Of a stretch of 64,000 bases of DNA, positions 1 through 11,006 are shown one piece after another. The stretch spans positions 736,001 through 800,000 of the forward strand of contig CAWAUV010000007.1 in the NCBI GenBank assembly GCA_963785305.1. Reading direction: 5' to 3'. The translations under genes were made by a program, and so were the position numbers. Within the stretch, counting starts at the first letter, position 1. Each line of letters starts with the position of its first letter. The stretch is from an uncultured Planctomycetaceae bacterium (GTDB taxonomy: Bacteria > Planctomycetota > Planctomycetia > Pirellulales > PALSA-1355). The notes below the pieces were generated by a model that was given only the letters and a program-made list of their open reading frames with translations, did not search any database and was not told where the DNA came from.

Positions 1-12
1 CTCTTTTGCCAT
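1..12 (-). CDS. Possible start of a gene running off the left edge (MAKE...)
   Basis: Reverse complement of 1-12 is ATG GCA AAA GAG. Only four codons are visible. MAKE starts EF-Tu and IF-1 among others, so it cannot be assigned. Confidence 0.25.
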
Positions 13-322
13 CGGGTCGATTCGCCGCAAAGGCTCGCGGATGCGCGAGTTGAAAAAAGGGGACATGAGGGCGTGGCGTCGACCGTCGTGGGTCGAGCCC
101 CCTTGTACTTTGGCCAAGCGCGGGTGTCAAGCGACACCCCTTCCTTAGATGGACATTGGCCCACTAATAAGTGGTGGTCGGCGGCGGTTTTTGGCTGGAA
201 GTGTCGCCTGTTCCCATGCTGGAGAGGCCGATTTTGTGCTTTAGGGCCGACTTGCCGGCGGTCGATGACGAGTTGCAGGGACTCGACCACAGTCACGAAT
301 CGTAAAGCTGGGGGGCTTGGCG

Positions 323-613
323 ATGAGATTACGACCCGCCGCGCCGTTCCTGCTCGCACTGGCGATCGCCTTGTCGCTCGCCGGCGCCGGCAGCGCAAGC
401 GCCTGGACCGGACTGCCTTCGCCCAATTCACCGCACTACCGATATCCCTCGGTGCTCGACGCCCCGCGAGGCTATGGGCCGCTGCCGGTCTATGGCTTTG
501 CCGGACCGTCGTACCGCTGGGGCTGGTTCGGAGTGCAATATCGACCCCGCTCCGTGCATTACACCGGCGCCAATCTCGACTACTGGCAAACCGGCTACCG
601 CTGGGGCTATTAG
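323..613 (+). CDS. Small secreted Tyr/Gly/Trp-rich hypothetical protein
   Basis: ATG at 323. Signal peptide MRLRPAAPFLLALAIALSLAGAGSASA, then a mature part with repeated YRWG motifs. Confidence 0.7.
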   Translation: MRLRPAAPFLLALAIALSLAGAGSASAWTGLPSPNSPHYRYPSVLDAPRGYGPLPVYGFAGPSYRWGWFGVQYRPRSVHYTGANLDYWQTGYRWGY

Positions 614-798
614 TCGATCGGCGGGGTCGAGAGCGCCCTGCTCGAGAAATCGGCGTTTGTCCACGACGAGACGCGCGACCGTTCCCGGTGTCCGGCGGGC
701 AAGCCGCTGCCCTCCACGAACACGACCACCGAGCGGCAGCGGCCAGCGCACGCGTGATCGTTACACCGCCGCGGCGAAAGATTGCGAAGCGCACCCGC

Positions 799-1809
799 TC
801 AGGGCTCTTGGGCATAGTTCAAAAACGCCTCGGCGATGTGGGCTTCTTTTTCATCGCCGCGATGCAGAATCACGCGGCAGCGCATCGCGAGCGATTCGCC
901 CTTGGGTAGCGTGTAAGCGCCATCGCCCGAGCCCGAGAGCTCATGATCGCCAAACGGATTGACGGCCAGTAGACCATAAGGCCGGACGAACCAGCAGTTG
1001 GGCGCCCGAAAGCTCTTCGGATGCACAAGCAGGGCGATGCCGACCGTTTGCCCATCGACCGGGCCATGAAAGTCGCACCATTCGGCTCGCTTGCCGAAGG
1101 CGGCGGCGTCGGTTTGGCCGACGCTGTTGATGAGCAGGCCGCCCAATTTCGATTCGCCACGAATGGTCGAGGCCACGCGCAGAGCGAGCGCGCCTTCTTT
1201 CGTGTCGCCGAACTTCACTTCGCCCGGCGCGGCGATCAGACGAATCGTCACATCGATCACGCGCTTGTCCGTCTCATCGCGAAACACGAATCGGCGCTCG
1301 TCTTCGCACTGTTTTTCGCCGGCGGCATTGAGCCAGTCGCTTTTGGTGACAAGCGTCGCGCGCTCGCCACCCGACGCCTCCGCGATCTCGCGATGACGAA
1401 TGACGCCTCGTCCCTTGCCTTCGGTCCAGAAGTTCACGCCATTGACAATGCCCAAGGCGAACCAAAACGAGCGATGATGCAAATGATCGCGCTCTTCGCC
1501 AGCCGCCTCGGCCACGGGATATGCGCGGGTCATTGCCCGTTCGTCGGGCCCGATAAGCGGCCACATCACCGGCTTGCCGCCCGACTCGAAGCGATATTCG
1601 GTCATCAGCCGGCCATCGAGCTTCACCACGACGCCGCGCTCCGTCTTTTCGACCGACCACTCGCCGGCTGCCGCGGGCGCCACCCAAGCGCCGGCAACGG
1701 CAATCGCGACCGCCAGCGGAGCGAACCACGGCGTGGGCGAGCAGTCGGCCCGCGGGCGAGCGAAAGCAGCGCGGCGAGGCGTGCGCCGAGTCGAGGAAAA
1801 AGCGTGCAT
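799..1809 (-). CDS. Secreted PmoA-like/DUF6807 family protein (not methane monooxygenase)
   Basis: Signal peptide and family motifs KPVMWPL, DHLHHRSFW, FGDTKEG, WFVRPYGL.AVNPFG. Start uncertain (1809 or 1887). Confidence 0.8.
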   Translation of the reverse strand: MHAFSSTRRTPRRAAFARPRADCSPTPWFAPLAVAIAVAGAWVAPAAAGEWSVEKTERGVVVKLDGRLMTEYRFESGGKPVMWPLIGPDERAMTRAYPVAEAAGEERDHLHHRSFWFALGIVNGVNFWTEGKGRGVIRHREIAEASGGERATLVTKSDWLNAAGEKQCEDERRFVFRDETDKRVIDVTIRLIAAPGEVKFGDTKEGALALRVASTIRGESKLGGLLINSVGQTDAAAFGKRAEWCDFHGPVDGQTVGIALLVHPKSFRAPNCWFVRPYGLLAVNPFGDHELSGSGDGAYTLPKGESLAMRCRVILHRGDEKEAHIAEAFLNYAQEP

Positions 1810-1985
1810 CGGTGGGTGCTCCTGGGCGGGAGTGATTCGGAGAGAACGTCTCCGGCCCAGTGTAACCCATCGCAATGCCCGCGGCATCTGCGCGGTGGCC
1901 CAAGCGCCCTCGCCCGCCCCTCGTTCAAATGGAAGAGGGAGTGTCGTGGAGCGTGCAGTAGCCTGTTGAACGTTCTAACCGAATG

Positions 1986-4567
1986 CTAGCGGCCGAGGTA
2001 GTAGTACTTCGACGGATCGGGCGTCGGCGGCGGATTGGGGATCACGTTCGGAGGCGTGGTCGGCGCTTGCGGAATCACGAGCGCGCTCGCCGTGTCGGTG
2101 CTCGGGTCCGTGTCGAGTTCGTCACTGGAAACCGTGACCGTGTTGGTCTTGAGGCCCAAGCTCGTGACGAGCGCGGTCACGGTCATGGTGACCGGAGTGG
2201 TGTTGACCCCGACCGAGCCAATGGACCACACGCCGGTCGTTGGGTTGTATGTGCCTTGGCTAGCCACATACGACACGAAGGTCAGTCCCGCCGGCAGCAG
2301 GTCGGTGGCGATCGTGTTTGTCGAAATATTCGGCCCGGTGTTGCCCACCGTGATATAGAAGTTTACTTCCGTGCCCACGGTCGGCAACGCATTGTCGACG
2401 CTCTTGGTCACGATCAGGTCGTCGCTCGGCGTGACCGGGGTCACGGTCACGGTCGAGGTGTTGTTCGCCGGGTTCGGGTCGGGCACGCTCGACGAAGTGA
2501 TCGTTACCGTGTTGGCCTTGACTCCGGCGGTGGCCACGTTGGCCACCATGGTGAGCGTCGGCGCCGCGGCGCCGTAGGTCACCGCGCCCACGGTCCAAAC
2601 TCCGGTCGCGGCGTTGTATGTGCCCTGCGTGGCGTTCGACGACACATAGGTCAACCCGGCCGGCAGCGCGTCGCTGGCCGTCACGCCACTGGCGCCGCCG
2701 GGGCCGAGATCCGTGAGCGTGATGGTGAAGGTGACATTCGAGCCCACATTGGGCGTCGCATTGCTCACGGTCTTCATCACTTGGAGGTCGGCCGGAACCA
2801 CCGGGGTCACGCTGGCGTTGCTCGTGAGTTGCGCGGCGGTGGCGATATCATCTTCGTCGGTCCCGGCGACCGTGGCCACGTTCGTTTTCGTGCCGGCGGT
2901 CGTGACCGTGGCCACCATCGTGAGCACGGCGCTCGAGCCGCTGGCCACCGTGCCGATCGACCACGAGCCGTTCGCGCTGTTGTAGCTTCCCTCGGTGGCC
3001 GAAGCCGACACGAAGCTCAGCCCCGCGGGCAGAATATCCGTCAGGCTCACTCCCGTGGCTTGGCTGTAGCCGGTGGCGTTCGACACCGTGATGGTGAACG
3101 TCACATTGCCGTTGAGCGCGGGCGTGGCATTGTTCACGGTCTTGGTCACCGACAGATCGACCGGCAGGAGACCCGCGTCGACCGTGGTGAGGTTCTCGCC
3201 GCTGGTGAGCGTGAAGCTGGGCAACACGCCGGTCGACGGCGCCACGTCGCTGTTGATCGCCGTGTTCGCGCCAACGCCTTCGGTGGTGAAGGCCGAGCCG
3301 TCGGGCGTGATGAACTTCACGCTATAGGAGCCCGGCGCCAAGCCGTTGAAGGAGTAATTGCCCTGGGCGTTGGTCGTGGTGGTGGCGATCACGGAGCCGG
3401 CTCGCATGAGCTCGACGGTGACATTGGCCGCGCCGGATCGCCATTGTCGCGCAGACCATCGCTGTTGGCGTCCCAGAAGGCGAAGGTTCCGACGCTCGCG
3501 GTCTGATAGTTGCCGAAGTTGGCGGTGAAGACCGACGATCCGACATCGGCGATGCCCGACACTTGGCCGTTCACGGCGGCGTTGCCGGTGATTTTCATCA
3601 CCATCGCCCCGACATTGGAGAAGTTGGCGCCCGAGCCGGCGCCGATCGTGAAGCTGTTGAACGGCACATAGACCAAGCTGGTCGAAGCGCCGCCGGTATT
3701 GGGCACCGCGACCGTGGCCTGCGAATAATTGCCGGCATTGGTATAGATCATGATCGTCACGGTGCCGTTGTCGTGGTCGGCGCCGATGCTGAGCTCGAGG
3801 CCCGTGGCTTGGCCGGCGTTGGTCAGATCGACTCCGCCGAGGCCGGTGTAATTGATCACCGACGGGTTCGCGCTATTGTTGCCGTCCCAGGCGACATAGC
3901 GCGTGCCATAGCCGGTGGCGGTCGAATCGTATTCGAGCAGGCCCTGGTTGTAGGAGTTCGAGCTCAGGTCGATCTCGCCGTAGGAGCTCGTAAGTTGGGC
4001 GTACAGGTTGCGGTAACCGCCAATCGCGTCGGGCGCGGCCACGGTGCTCGCCGAGGTGGCGGCGCTGGTGCTCGCGGCGGTGACTGTCTGCGAGCTCGAG
4101 AAGCTGTCGATCGTTTGCAGCACCGAGCCCTGGGCCGCGGCGCTCGAAATCACGATCTGCTGGGGAGTCGAGTTTTCGGCCACATAACCGCTGGGGGCCG
4201 CGGTCTCCTCGACATAATATGTGCCGGCCGTGAGATTGGCGAAGGTGTATTGGCCGACCGAGTTGGTCGTGGTCGTGCCGACCAGCGTGCTCGAGGGCCC
4301 ACTGGCGGCGTTTTCATAAAGGGCCACGGTCGCGCCGGCGATGCCCGTTCCGCTCGAAGCTTGGCCCGAGCCAGAGATATCGTTGAAAACCACGCCCTGA
4401 ATCAGCGCCCCGGGCGAGGTGGAGAACACACGGCGACTTTCAAGCGATTCGAGTCCCAACCTCCGGGCGCGTGGCTTCGCGCGGTGCGCGCTCCGCGGTT
4501 TGGAAAACCAACTTCCCAGGCTCTCCAGAATCGACGACAGGGAACGTTCGTTTCGCTTGCGATCCAT
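1986..4567 (-). CDS. Cell-surface protein: planctomycete export signal, 2 SdrD-B-like domains, 3 DUF11 domains; one frameshift near 3433
   Basis: ORFs 3389-4723 and 1986-3407 join at DNGDP/G-AANVTVEL. Signal RRLGLESLESRRVFS. SdrD-B motifs GVVFND...GQYTFANL and FWDANSDG...GNYSFNGL. Three DLxVxKxVxNAxP repeats. Confidence 0.85.
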
Positions 4568-4904
4568 CGACGGCGCCCTCGCGAAGGGTGAAAAAGGCAA
4601 AAGAACGGCGCGATCCTTGCGCCGGAAAGAACCGTTTCGATTTTCGAAAAGGCGAAAGCCCTTGGGACCGTTCGGCGGCCGTGGCTGGCGCCGGTCTTCC
4701 TGGGGCAAAACAGTTCCTCGCAAACGTTCATCGGCCAGTCGGAGGCGCGGAACTCAAAATAAATCGAATAACCGGCAAACTCGGCGGGAATCGCCGTGTC
4801 TGCCAAGCAAGCGACTCGCGGTAGCCCAAGCCCCCGGGAGGGCGCGACTCTTGATCCGAGCGGTTCGGCCAGCGCGGCAATATGGTATCCTTGGAGACGA
4901 TACC

Positions 4905-5004
4905 CGGCGGCGAACGCGCCGGCCCGCGGTTGGCCACTTGTCGAGATTGTAGGCGTACGACGTGGTGGCGGCGGCGGCGAACGCGCCGGCCCGCGGTTGG
5001 CCAC
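4905..5004. repeat. Two identical 33-bp direct repeats separated by 34 bp
   Basis: CGGCGGCGAACGCGCCGGCCCGCGGTTGGCCAC at 4905-4937 and 4972-5004. Confidence 0.85.
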
Positions 5005-5123
5005 GGGCCATCGGACTTGAGCCGCTGTTCCTGGAGCGAAATTTGTTGAAGAATTACGCTGCCATCGCCGCGCTTGCCAACCGAGTTCCCCAAAAGCCCC
5101 TGGAGGCCCGAAGCTTGCCGCCC

Positions 5124-6756
5124 ATGGACGAAAAACACGAAAAGCAGTTTTACCTTTCGCCCGAGCTGGCATTTCGACTGGCGGCGATCGATATCGGCAC
5201 CAACAGCATTCGGCTGATGGTGGTCGAGCCGCTCCGTGGCGGGGCCTATCGCATTCTCGACGAGGAAAAAGAAAGCACCCGGCTCGGCGTGAGCCTGAGC
5301 AAGACCGGCTCGCTCGAGGCGGGGGCGATGGAAAAATCGCTCGTCGCCTTGCGGCGCATGAAACAAATCGCCGAAGGCTTTCAAGTCTCCCAGCTTCGCA
5401 CCATCGCCACGTGCGCCGTGCGCGAAGCTCGCAATGGCGACGAATTTCGCCGCCGGGCTCGCGAGGAGCTGGGAATCGAGATCGAAATCATCTCCGCCAA
5501 GCGCGAGGCGCTGCTCGCTTTCTTTAGCGTGCAAAAGGCTTTCGATCTGGCGGGAAAGCATGTGGCCGTGGCCGATATCGGCGGCGGCAGCACCGAAATC
5601 GTGCTCGCATACGGCAATCTGGTCGAGGCCATCTACACCACCCAACTTGGCGCCGTGCGACTGGCCGAAATTCACGGCAGCGGGCCCGGCATGGCTGGCG
5701 ACGACTTTCAGCGCATGGTCGAAAGCATCGACCGTCATCTGCGCAAGCACACCAAGAATCCGGTGTTCGTGCCGCACATGCTCTTCGGCTCGGGCGGCAC
5801 CTTCACCAGCCTGGCTTCGATGGTCATGGCCGCCAAGGGGCAAACGGATCTGCCGATGCGCGGCTATCAGGTCACGCGGGCCGAAGTGCGGCATCTGCTC
5901 GAGCGGCTGCGGAAACAATCGCTCCGCGACCGCGCGGCCACGCCCGGCCTCTCGCCCGACCGGGCCGATATCATCGTCTCCGGCCTCGCGATCGTGGATC
6001 GTGTGATGGAGCGTTTCGAAGTGAACATGCTCCAAATTCACAACCGCGGCGTGCGCGACGGACTCGTGCTCCAGATGATCGAAGAGTCGCTCGGACCCGA
6101 CGGGCACGCGCCGAGCGACCAAAATGCCGCGATCGATCGGCTCGTGACAAGCTGCGGCGGCGAAATCGCCCATGGCAAGCATGTGGCTCGCATGGCCGGG
6201 CTGATCCACGAACAACTGGCGAGAATCCACGCGACTCGATCCCCAAGATCGGCCGCTGCTCGAGGCCGCGGCCCGACTCCAAGACGTGGGATATCTGATC
6301 AACTACGATCAGCATCACAAGCACAGTTACCACTTGATCCGGCACAGCCGACTCGAGGGCGTGTCGTCGCACGAACTGGAGCTGATCGCGAATGTGGCCC
6401 GCTACCATCGTGGTTCGCAGCCCAAGCGAAAGCACAGCAACTTTCGGCGTCTGTCGGCGACCGATCAGCTTCGGGTGCGGCAAATGGCGGCGATTCTTCG
6501 GCTCGCCGGCGGGCTTGATCGCAGCAACACGCAGCAAGTGCAATCGCTTGCGATTACCCGCCAGGGCAAGGAAACCGAGCTCGGCGTAATCGCGACGCGG
6601 TATCCGGAACTCGATATCTGGGGCGCGCGGCGGCGGGTGGAAATGTTCGAGGATGTCTTCGGCACGCGACTCAAGATCGAGTGGCGCCCGGAGGCCGAGG
6701 CCGCGCCCTCGGGCGGCTCCGCGGAAGCCAATGGTTCGCCGCGCCGCGGCGCGTAG
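5124..6756 (+). CDS. ppx: Ppx/GppA phosphatase with C-terminal HD-like domain; frameshift near 6225
   Basis: AAIDIGTNSIRL, ATCAVREARNG, DIGGGSTE, GSGGT, PDRADII, GVRDG. The C-terminus (HHKHSYHLI, ARYHRG) continues in ORF 6286-6756. Confidence 0.9.
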
Positions 6757-6816
6757 CGAGTGGCGCGCCGACGGTGGCAAGCCGCCTGTCCGAAACGCCT
6801 GTCCGAAACGCCCGAT

Positions 6817-7356
6817 TCAGTCGCGCGGCAAGCTCGGAATGCGATTCTCATGCGGCTGCAATTGTCGCCGCGGCACGACGCGACCAAGCGCGTCGTTGAC
6901 GATCACGCCGGCTTCGGTCGCGGTCGCGCCGAGCTCGACCAGGATCGCTCGCTCGGGATCGATCGTCGTCACCACGCCGCCATGCGGTCCGGAGCGAGCC
7001 GAAACCTGCGGCGCGCCATCGGTTGTTTGCAAGTTCAACACGCCGGAGCTCGTCACCGGATCGGCCGCCAATTTGGCCACCGGTCGGCCGCCGCGACCAT
7101 AGACTTCGAGCAGTCCGGTCTCGTCGCGGGTGCTGCCCATTTGCAATCGCAGCTTGCCATCGGGTCCCACAATGGCGATACGACCGACGACAACCAGATC
7201 GTCGCACTGCACTCTCCCGGCGGCCACCTGCGTGCTTTTGACCAATCGCGAATTGATCACGCCGATGTCGGAAGAGTTGGTCAGCTTGCTCCGCAGCGAC
7301 GCGCCCAGCGCGAGAAACAGCAGCGGGTAGATCGTCCAGCGTTCGCGGCTCGACAT
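6817..7356 (-). CDS. Hypothetical protein with N-terminal membrane anchor
   Basis: 179-aa ORF with hydrophobic N-terminus WTIYPLLFLALGASL and a beta-rich remainder. Confidence 0.7.
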   Translation of the reverse strand: MSSRERWTIYPLLFLALGASLRSKLTNSSDIGVINSRLVKSTQVAAGRVQCDDLVVVGRIAIVGPDGKLRLQMGSTRDETGLLEVYGRGGRPVAKLAADPVTSSGVLNLQTTDGAPQVSARSGPHGGVVTTIDPERAILVELGATATEAGVIVNDALGRVVPRRQLQPHENRIPSLPRD

Positions 7357-7422
7357 GGGAAGATGCCTTCGTTTTTAGCGGACGGAAACGGACGAACGCG
7401 CGGCCAGCGGGACGATGCCGCG

Positions 7423-7806
7423 TCAGGCGGTGTTTTCGCCTCCGGAGCGCAGCGCGGCCTCGATCTGCGCGAGCAGCTCCGGCAGTTCGACCGGCTTGGT
7501 GTGATAGTCGGAACAGCCGGCGGCGATCGCGCGCTCCCGGTCGCCGGCCAGCGCATTCGCCGTGAGCCCGATCACTGGAATCGGCTGGGTTTGCGGATCG
7601 GCCTTGAGTTGCCGGGTCGCTTCCCAACCATCGATTTCGGGCAGGTTCATATCCATGAGAATCAGATCGGGCCGCTCGGCCACGGCCATGGCCAAGCCCA
7701 GCCGGCCATCGGTGGCCATCACCACGTCGTAGCCCCGGCGCATCAAGCGGCGCGAGAGCGCGTCGCGATTGGCTTCGTTGTCTTCGACCAACAGGATTTT
7801 CGGCAC
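7423..7806 (-). CDS. Single-domain response regulator (DivK/CheY-like)
   Basis: ILLVEDN, PDLILMDMNLPEIDG, LTANA, TKPV. Confidence 0.93.
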   Translation of the reverse strand: MPKILLVEDNEANRDALSRRLMRRGYDVVMATDGRLGLAMAVAERPDLILMDMNLPEIDGWEATRQLKADPQTQPIPVIGLTANALAGDRERAIAAGCSDYHTKPVELPELLAQIEAALRSGGENTA

Positions 7807-7818
7807 GTGATCGACTCC

Positions 7819-10800
7819 TTAAGAACGCGCTTCCGGGCGCACGGTCATTGTATCCGTCGGGGTCGCGGCTGGCGATGCGTCACCCAGCGTGGTTGCAATG
7901 CAATCGGCCAGGAGTTGTCGCAACTCGGGCAGCACGTCTTCGAGGTTATATTGGCTTTTTTGCAAAATGCTGGCCGCGCGGCCGCTAAGCCGCTCGCGCT
8001 CTTCGGCCGTGAGGTCCTTGCCGGTGAGGATAATGACCGGAATTCGCCGCCAGCGCGGATCGCCGCGCAGCGCTTCCAAAAACGCGAAACCGTCCATTTG
8101 CGGCATCACCAGGTCGAGCACGATCGCCGCCGGGGCGGCCGTTTCGAGCCGATCGAGCGCCTGGCGGCCGTTTTCCGCTTCGATCACCTCGCGCCGATCA
8201 TGGTTGAGCGCCCGGCGCACCAGCCGTCGCACATTGCTATCGTCTTCCACGATCAGCACCGGCCCCGGCGGATGATGATTCAAATGTTTGCGCAACGCCG
8301 CCACCAACTGACCGCGGTGGATCGGCTTGGTGAGATATTCCGTCACGCCGAGCGTGTAGCCGAGGTTCTTGTCGTCGACGATCGTGAGCAAAATCACGGG
8401 CGTCGAGGCGAGCTCCGGCTCGGCCTTGATCGCCGAGAGCACCGCCCAGCCATCGAGCCGCGGCATCATCACATCGAGCACGATCGCATCGGGCCGCTCG
8501 CGCCGGCGACTTCCAGTCCCTCGCGCCCGTCCTGGGCGAGTAGTATGTGAAAGCCCTCCTTGCTCAAGAACCGCGAAACAAGATCTCGCACATTCGGCTC
8601 GTCGTCGATCACGAGCACGCTTCGCCGCGCGTCGAGCGTCGAGCGCCCAAGGGAATCCGAGGGCGACTCGCCTTCGAGCGCATCTTCGGGAATCGCTTCA
8701 GGCGTCACTCGCGGCAGGCGGGCGGTAAACGTGGTTCCCTGGTCCGGCTTGCTGGTCACGGTGATTCGGCCTTGCATCATTTCAACGAACTGCCGCGAGA
8801 TGGCGAGTCCGAGGCCGGTGCCGCCGTAGCGACGCGTGGTCGACGCGTCGGCCTGGGAAAAGGGCGTGAACAGCCGCTCGATCTGTTCGGCCGTCATGCC
8901 GATGCCGGTGTCGCTCACTTCGAACTCGATCGCGTCGGGCGCCTCGGGTCCGTCCTGGCGCGCGACGAGGCGAATCGAGCCATGTTGCGTGAATTTGGCG
9001 GCATTCGAGAGCAAATTAAAGAGTATCTGCCGCATTCGCGTGAGATCGGCCCGCATCACGCCGAGCATTGGCGGGCATTCGACCACGAGCGTGTTGCCGC
9101 GATTCTTCACCAACGGCTCGACCGTCGTCGCCACATCGCGCACCAGCGCGGCCACGTCGAACGATTCGAGAAACAGCTCCATTTTGCCGGCCTCGATCTT
9201 CGACAGATCGAGCACCCCGTTGACCAGCGCCAGCAGATGCCGGCCGGCCGAACGAATTTTTTCCAAGTCGGGTAGGAAATCTTGAATCCCGCGGTCGCTC
9301 GCCTCCTCGGAGAGTAGCTCGCTGTAGAGAATCACGGCGTTGAGCGGAGTGCGCAGCTCGTGGCTCATGTTGGCCAGAAACTGGCTCTTGGCCTCGTTAG
9401 CTACTTCGGCCTGCTCCATAGCGGCTTGCAGCGTCTGCTCGACATGCTTGCGCTGGCTGATGTCGGAAAATGTGACCACGGCCCCCGACACGCCCCCGGC
9501 GGTGACGATGGGAAACGCGGAATACTCCACCGGGAAGTTCGAGCCGTCCTTGCGAAAAAACAGTTCGCTGTCGATGCGGCAGCTTTGGCCGGTGCGCAGG
9601 GCTTGATGGATCGGGCTCGCTTCCGCCGGATATTCCTCGCCATCGGGGCGATGATGTTGGCAGACCGTGTGCATCGTGCGGCCGATCAGTTCACCAGGAT
9701 CGTAGCCCAGGAGCCGAGCGCCGGCGCCATTGATAAACGTGGTTTGGCCATCGAGATTGAGGCCGAAAATTCCTTCGCCGGTCGACTCCAGCAACAAGCG
9801 ATTGTAGCTGGTCAGGCTCTCGCGCTCCCGCTGGCCTTCCTTGCGCTGCGAGACATCATCGAACGCGATTACGATATGTGTCGGCCCAGCGCCGCTGAAG
9901 CGAATGGCGCGGAAGAGCCACCAGGTTTGCCGGCCATCGAGCGTGGCGCCATATTCGTGTTCGGCCCGCTCCCGATGGCCGCGAGCGATGTCGCGAATGC
10001 TTTGGACAATGGCGGTGATCTGGCCCGAAGGGTCGACGCCGCCCTGGATCAGCCGCTCGCACTCGGCGAGAAAATTCGAGCCCAAGGCGCCGGCGGATCG
10101 TTGGAGCAGCGCATCGCCGGCGAGGCTATCGCGCCAGGCCGCATTGACGGCCACGATCACGCCCCGGCCATTGATGATCGCGATCTGGGATTCAAGCGAA
10201 TCGAGCGTCTCGCGAGCGAGGCGTTCCGATTCGCGCCGCGAGCGTTCGGCTTCCTTGCGACCCAGGAGATCGGTCCAGCCCAGAGTCGAGCGCCAGCGCC
10301 AGAAGCGCCGAGCGCCGTGGTGGTGACGATCGCCACGCTCCACCGGGCCCGGCGAAAGCTGGCGTGGTTGGCGTCTTTTCGCCCGTCGAGCAGCGATTGT
10401 TCGTGCTCGCGCATCGCGACGGAGGCGGCCGCGGCCTCGGCCATGATGCGCCGCCCGCGCCGGGTGCGCTCGGCGGCTTCGGCCTTTCCACCGGGCGCGG
10501 GCTCGGCGAGCGTCAGATTTTCATCGAGCAGGCGAAATCGTTCCGTGAGACGGTTCTCCAATACATCGGCATGCTGTTGCTGGGTGGCGCTATCGGCTGT
10601 CAGGCGACGGAGGGCGGCGAGCGAATCGGTGGCTTCGCGAATTGCCTTGCGATAGGCCGGCAAGGTGTCCTCGTCGCCGGAGAGCAAGAAAGCCCTTTGC
10701 AAACTTTCGGCCTCGCTGGCGGCGCCCATCACATCGCCGAGGCGCTGAATGATTTCGTCGGAGTGGCTGACGATGGCGCCCTCTTCGGCCAAGCGATCGA

Positions 10801-10894
10801 GGTTCTCGAGCGAAAGCCATGCATTGGCCACGAAAATAAGCGCCACGAGCACCGCGCCGGCGACCGTAGTGCGAGTGAGCGAGCCGACTTTCAT
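7819..10894 (-). CDS. Hybrid sensor histidine kinase (CHASE3-TM-PAS-PAS-HisKA-HATPase-REC-REC); frameshifts near 10290 and 8500
   Basis: Three consecutive ORFs. CHASE3 ([14 protein letters not shown]), PAS folds, H-box [36 protein letters not shown], two receiver domains. Confidence 0.9.
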
Positions 10895-11006
10895 GGCGAG
10901 AACCGTTGCGATGAAGAAGCGGAGCAGGAGTTCATGGAATTAGGAAGGAAACACGCGGCGCACGGAATACGGCAATCCGTCGACCCATGGTGGTTCGCGA
11001 TGCCGG

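Noticed and set aside
799..1809. Particulate methane monooxygenase (PmoA label)
   Set aside because: Soluble secreted beta-rich family with a misleading name; no TM helices and no pmoB/pmoC.
4905..5004. CRISPR array
   Set aside because: Only two repeats, no leader and no cas genes.
6785..6812. 13-bp tandem duplication CCTGTCCGAAACG between convergent genes
   Set aside because: Real but only two units; no evidence of function.
6760..8550. Long antisense ORFs (for example 6760-8550, 4728-6302, 1983-3506, 58745-60211)
   Set aside because: Shadow frames of real genes in high-GC DNA, with Arg/Gly-rich composition and no motifs.
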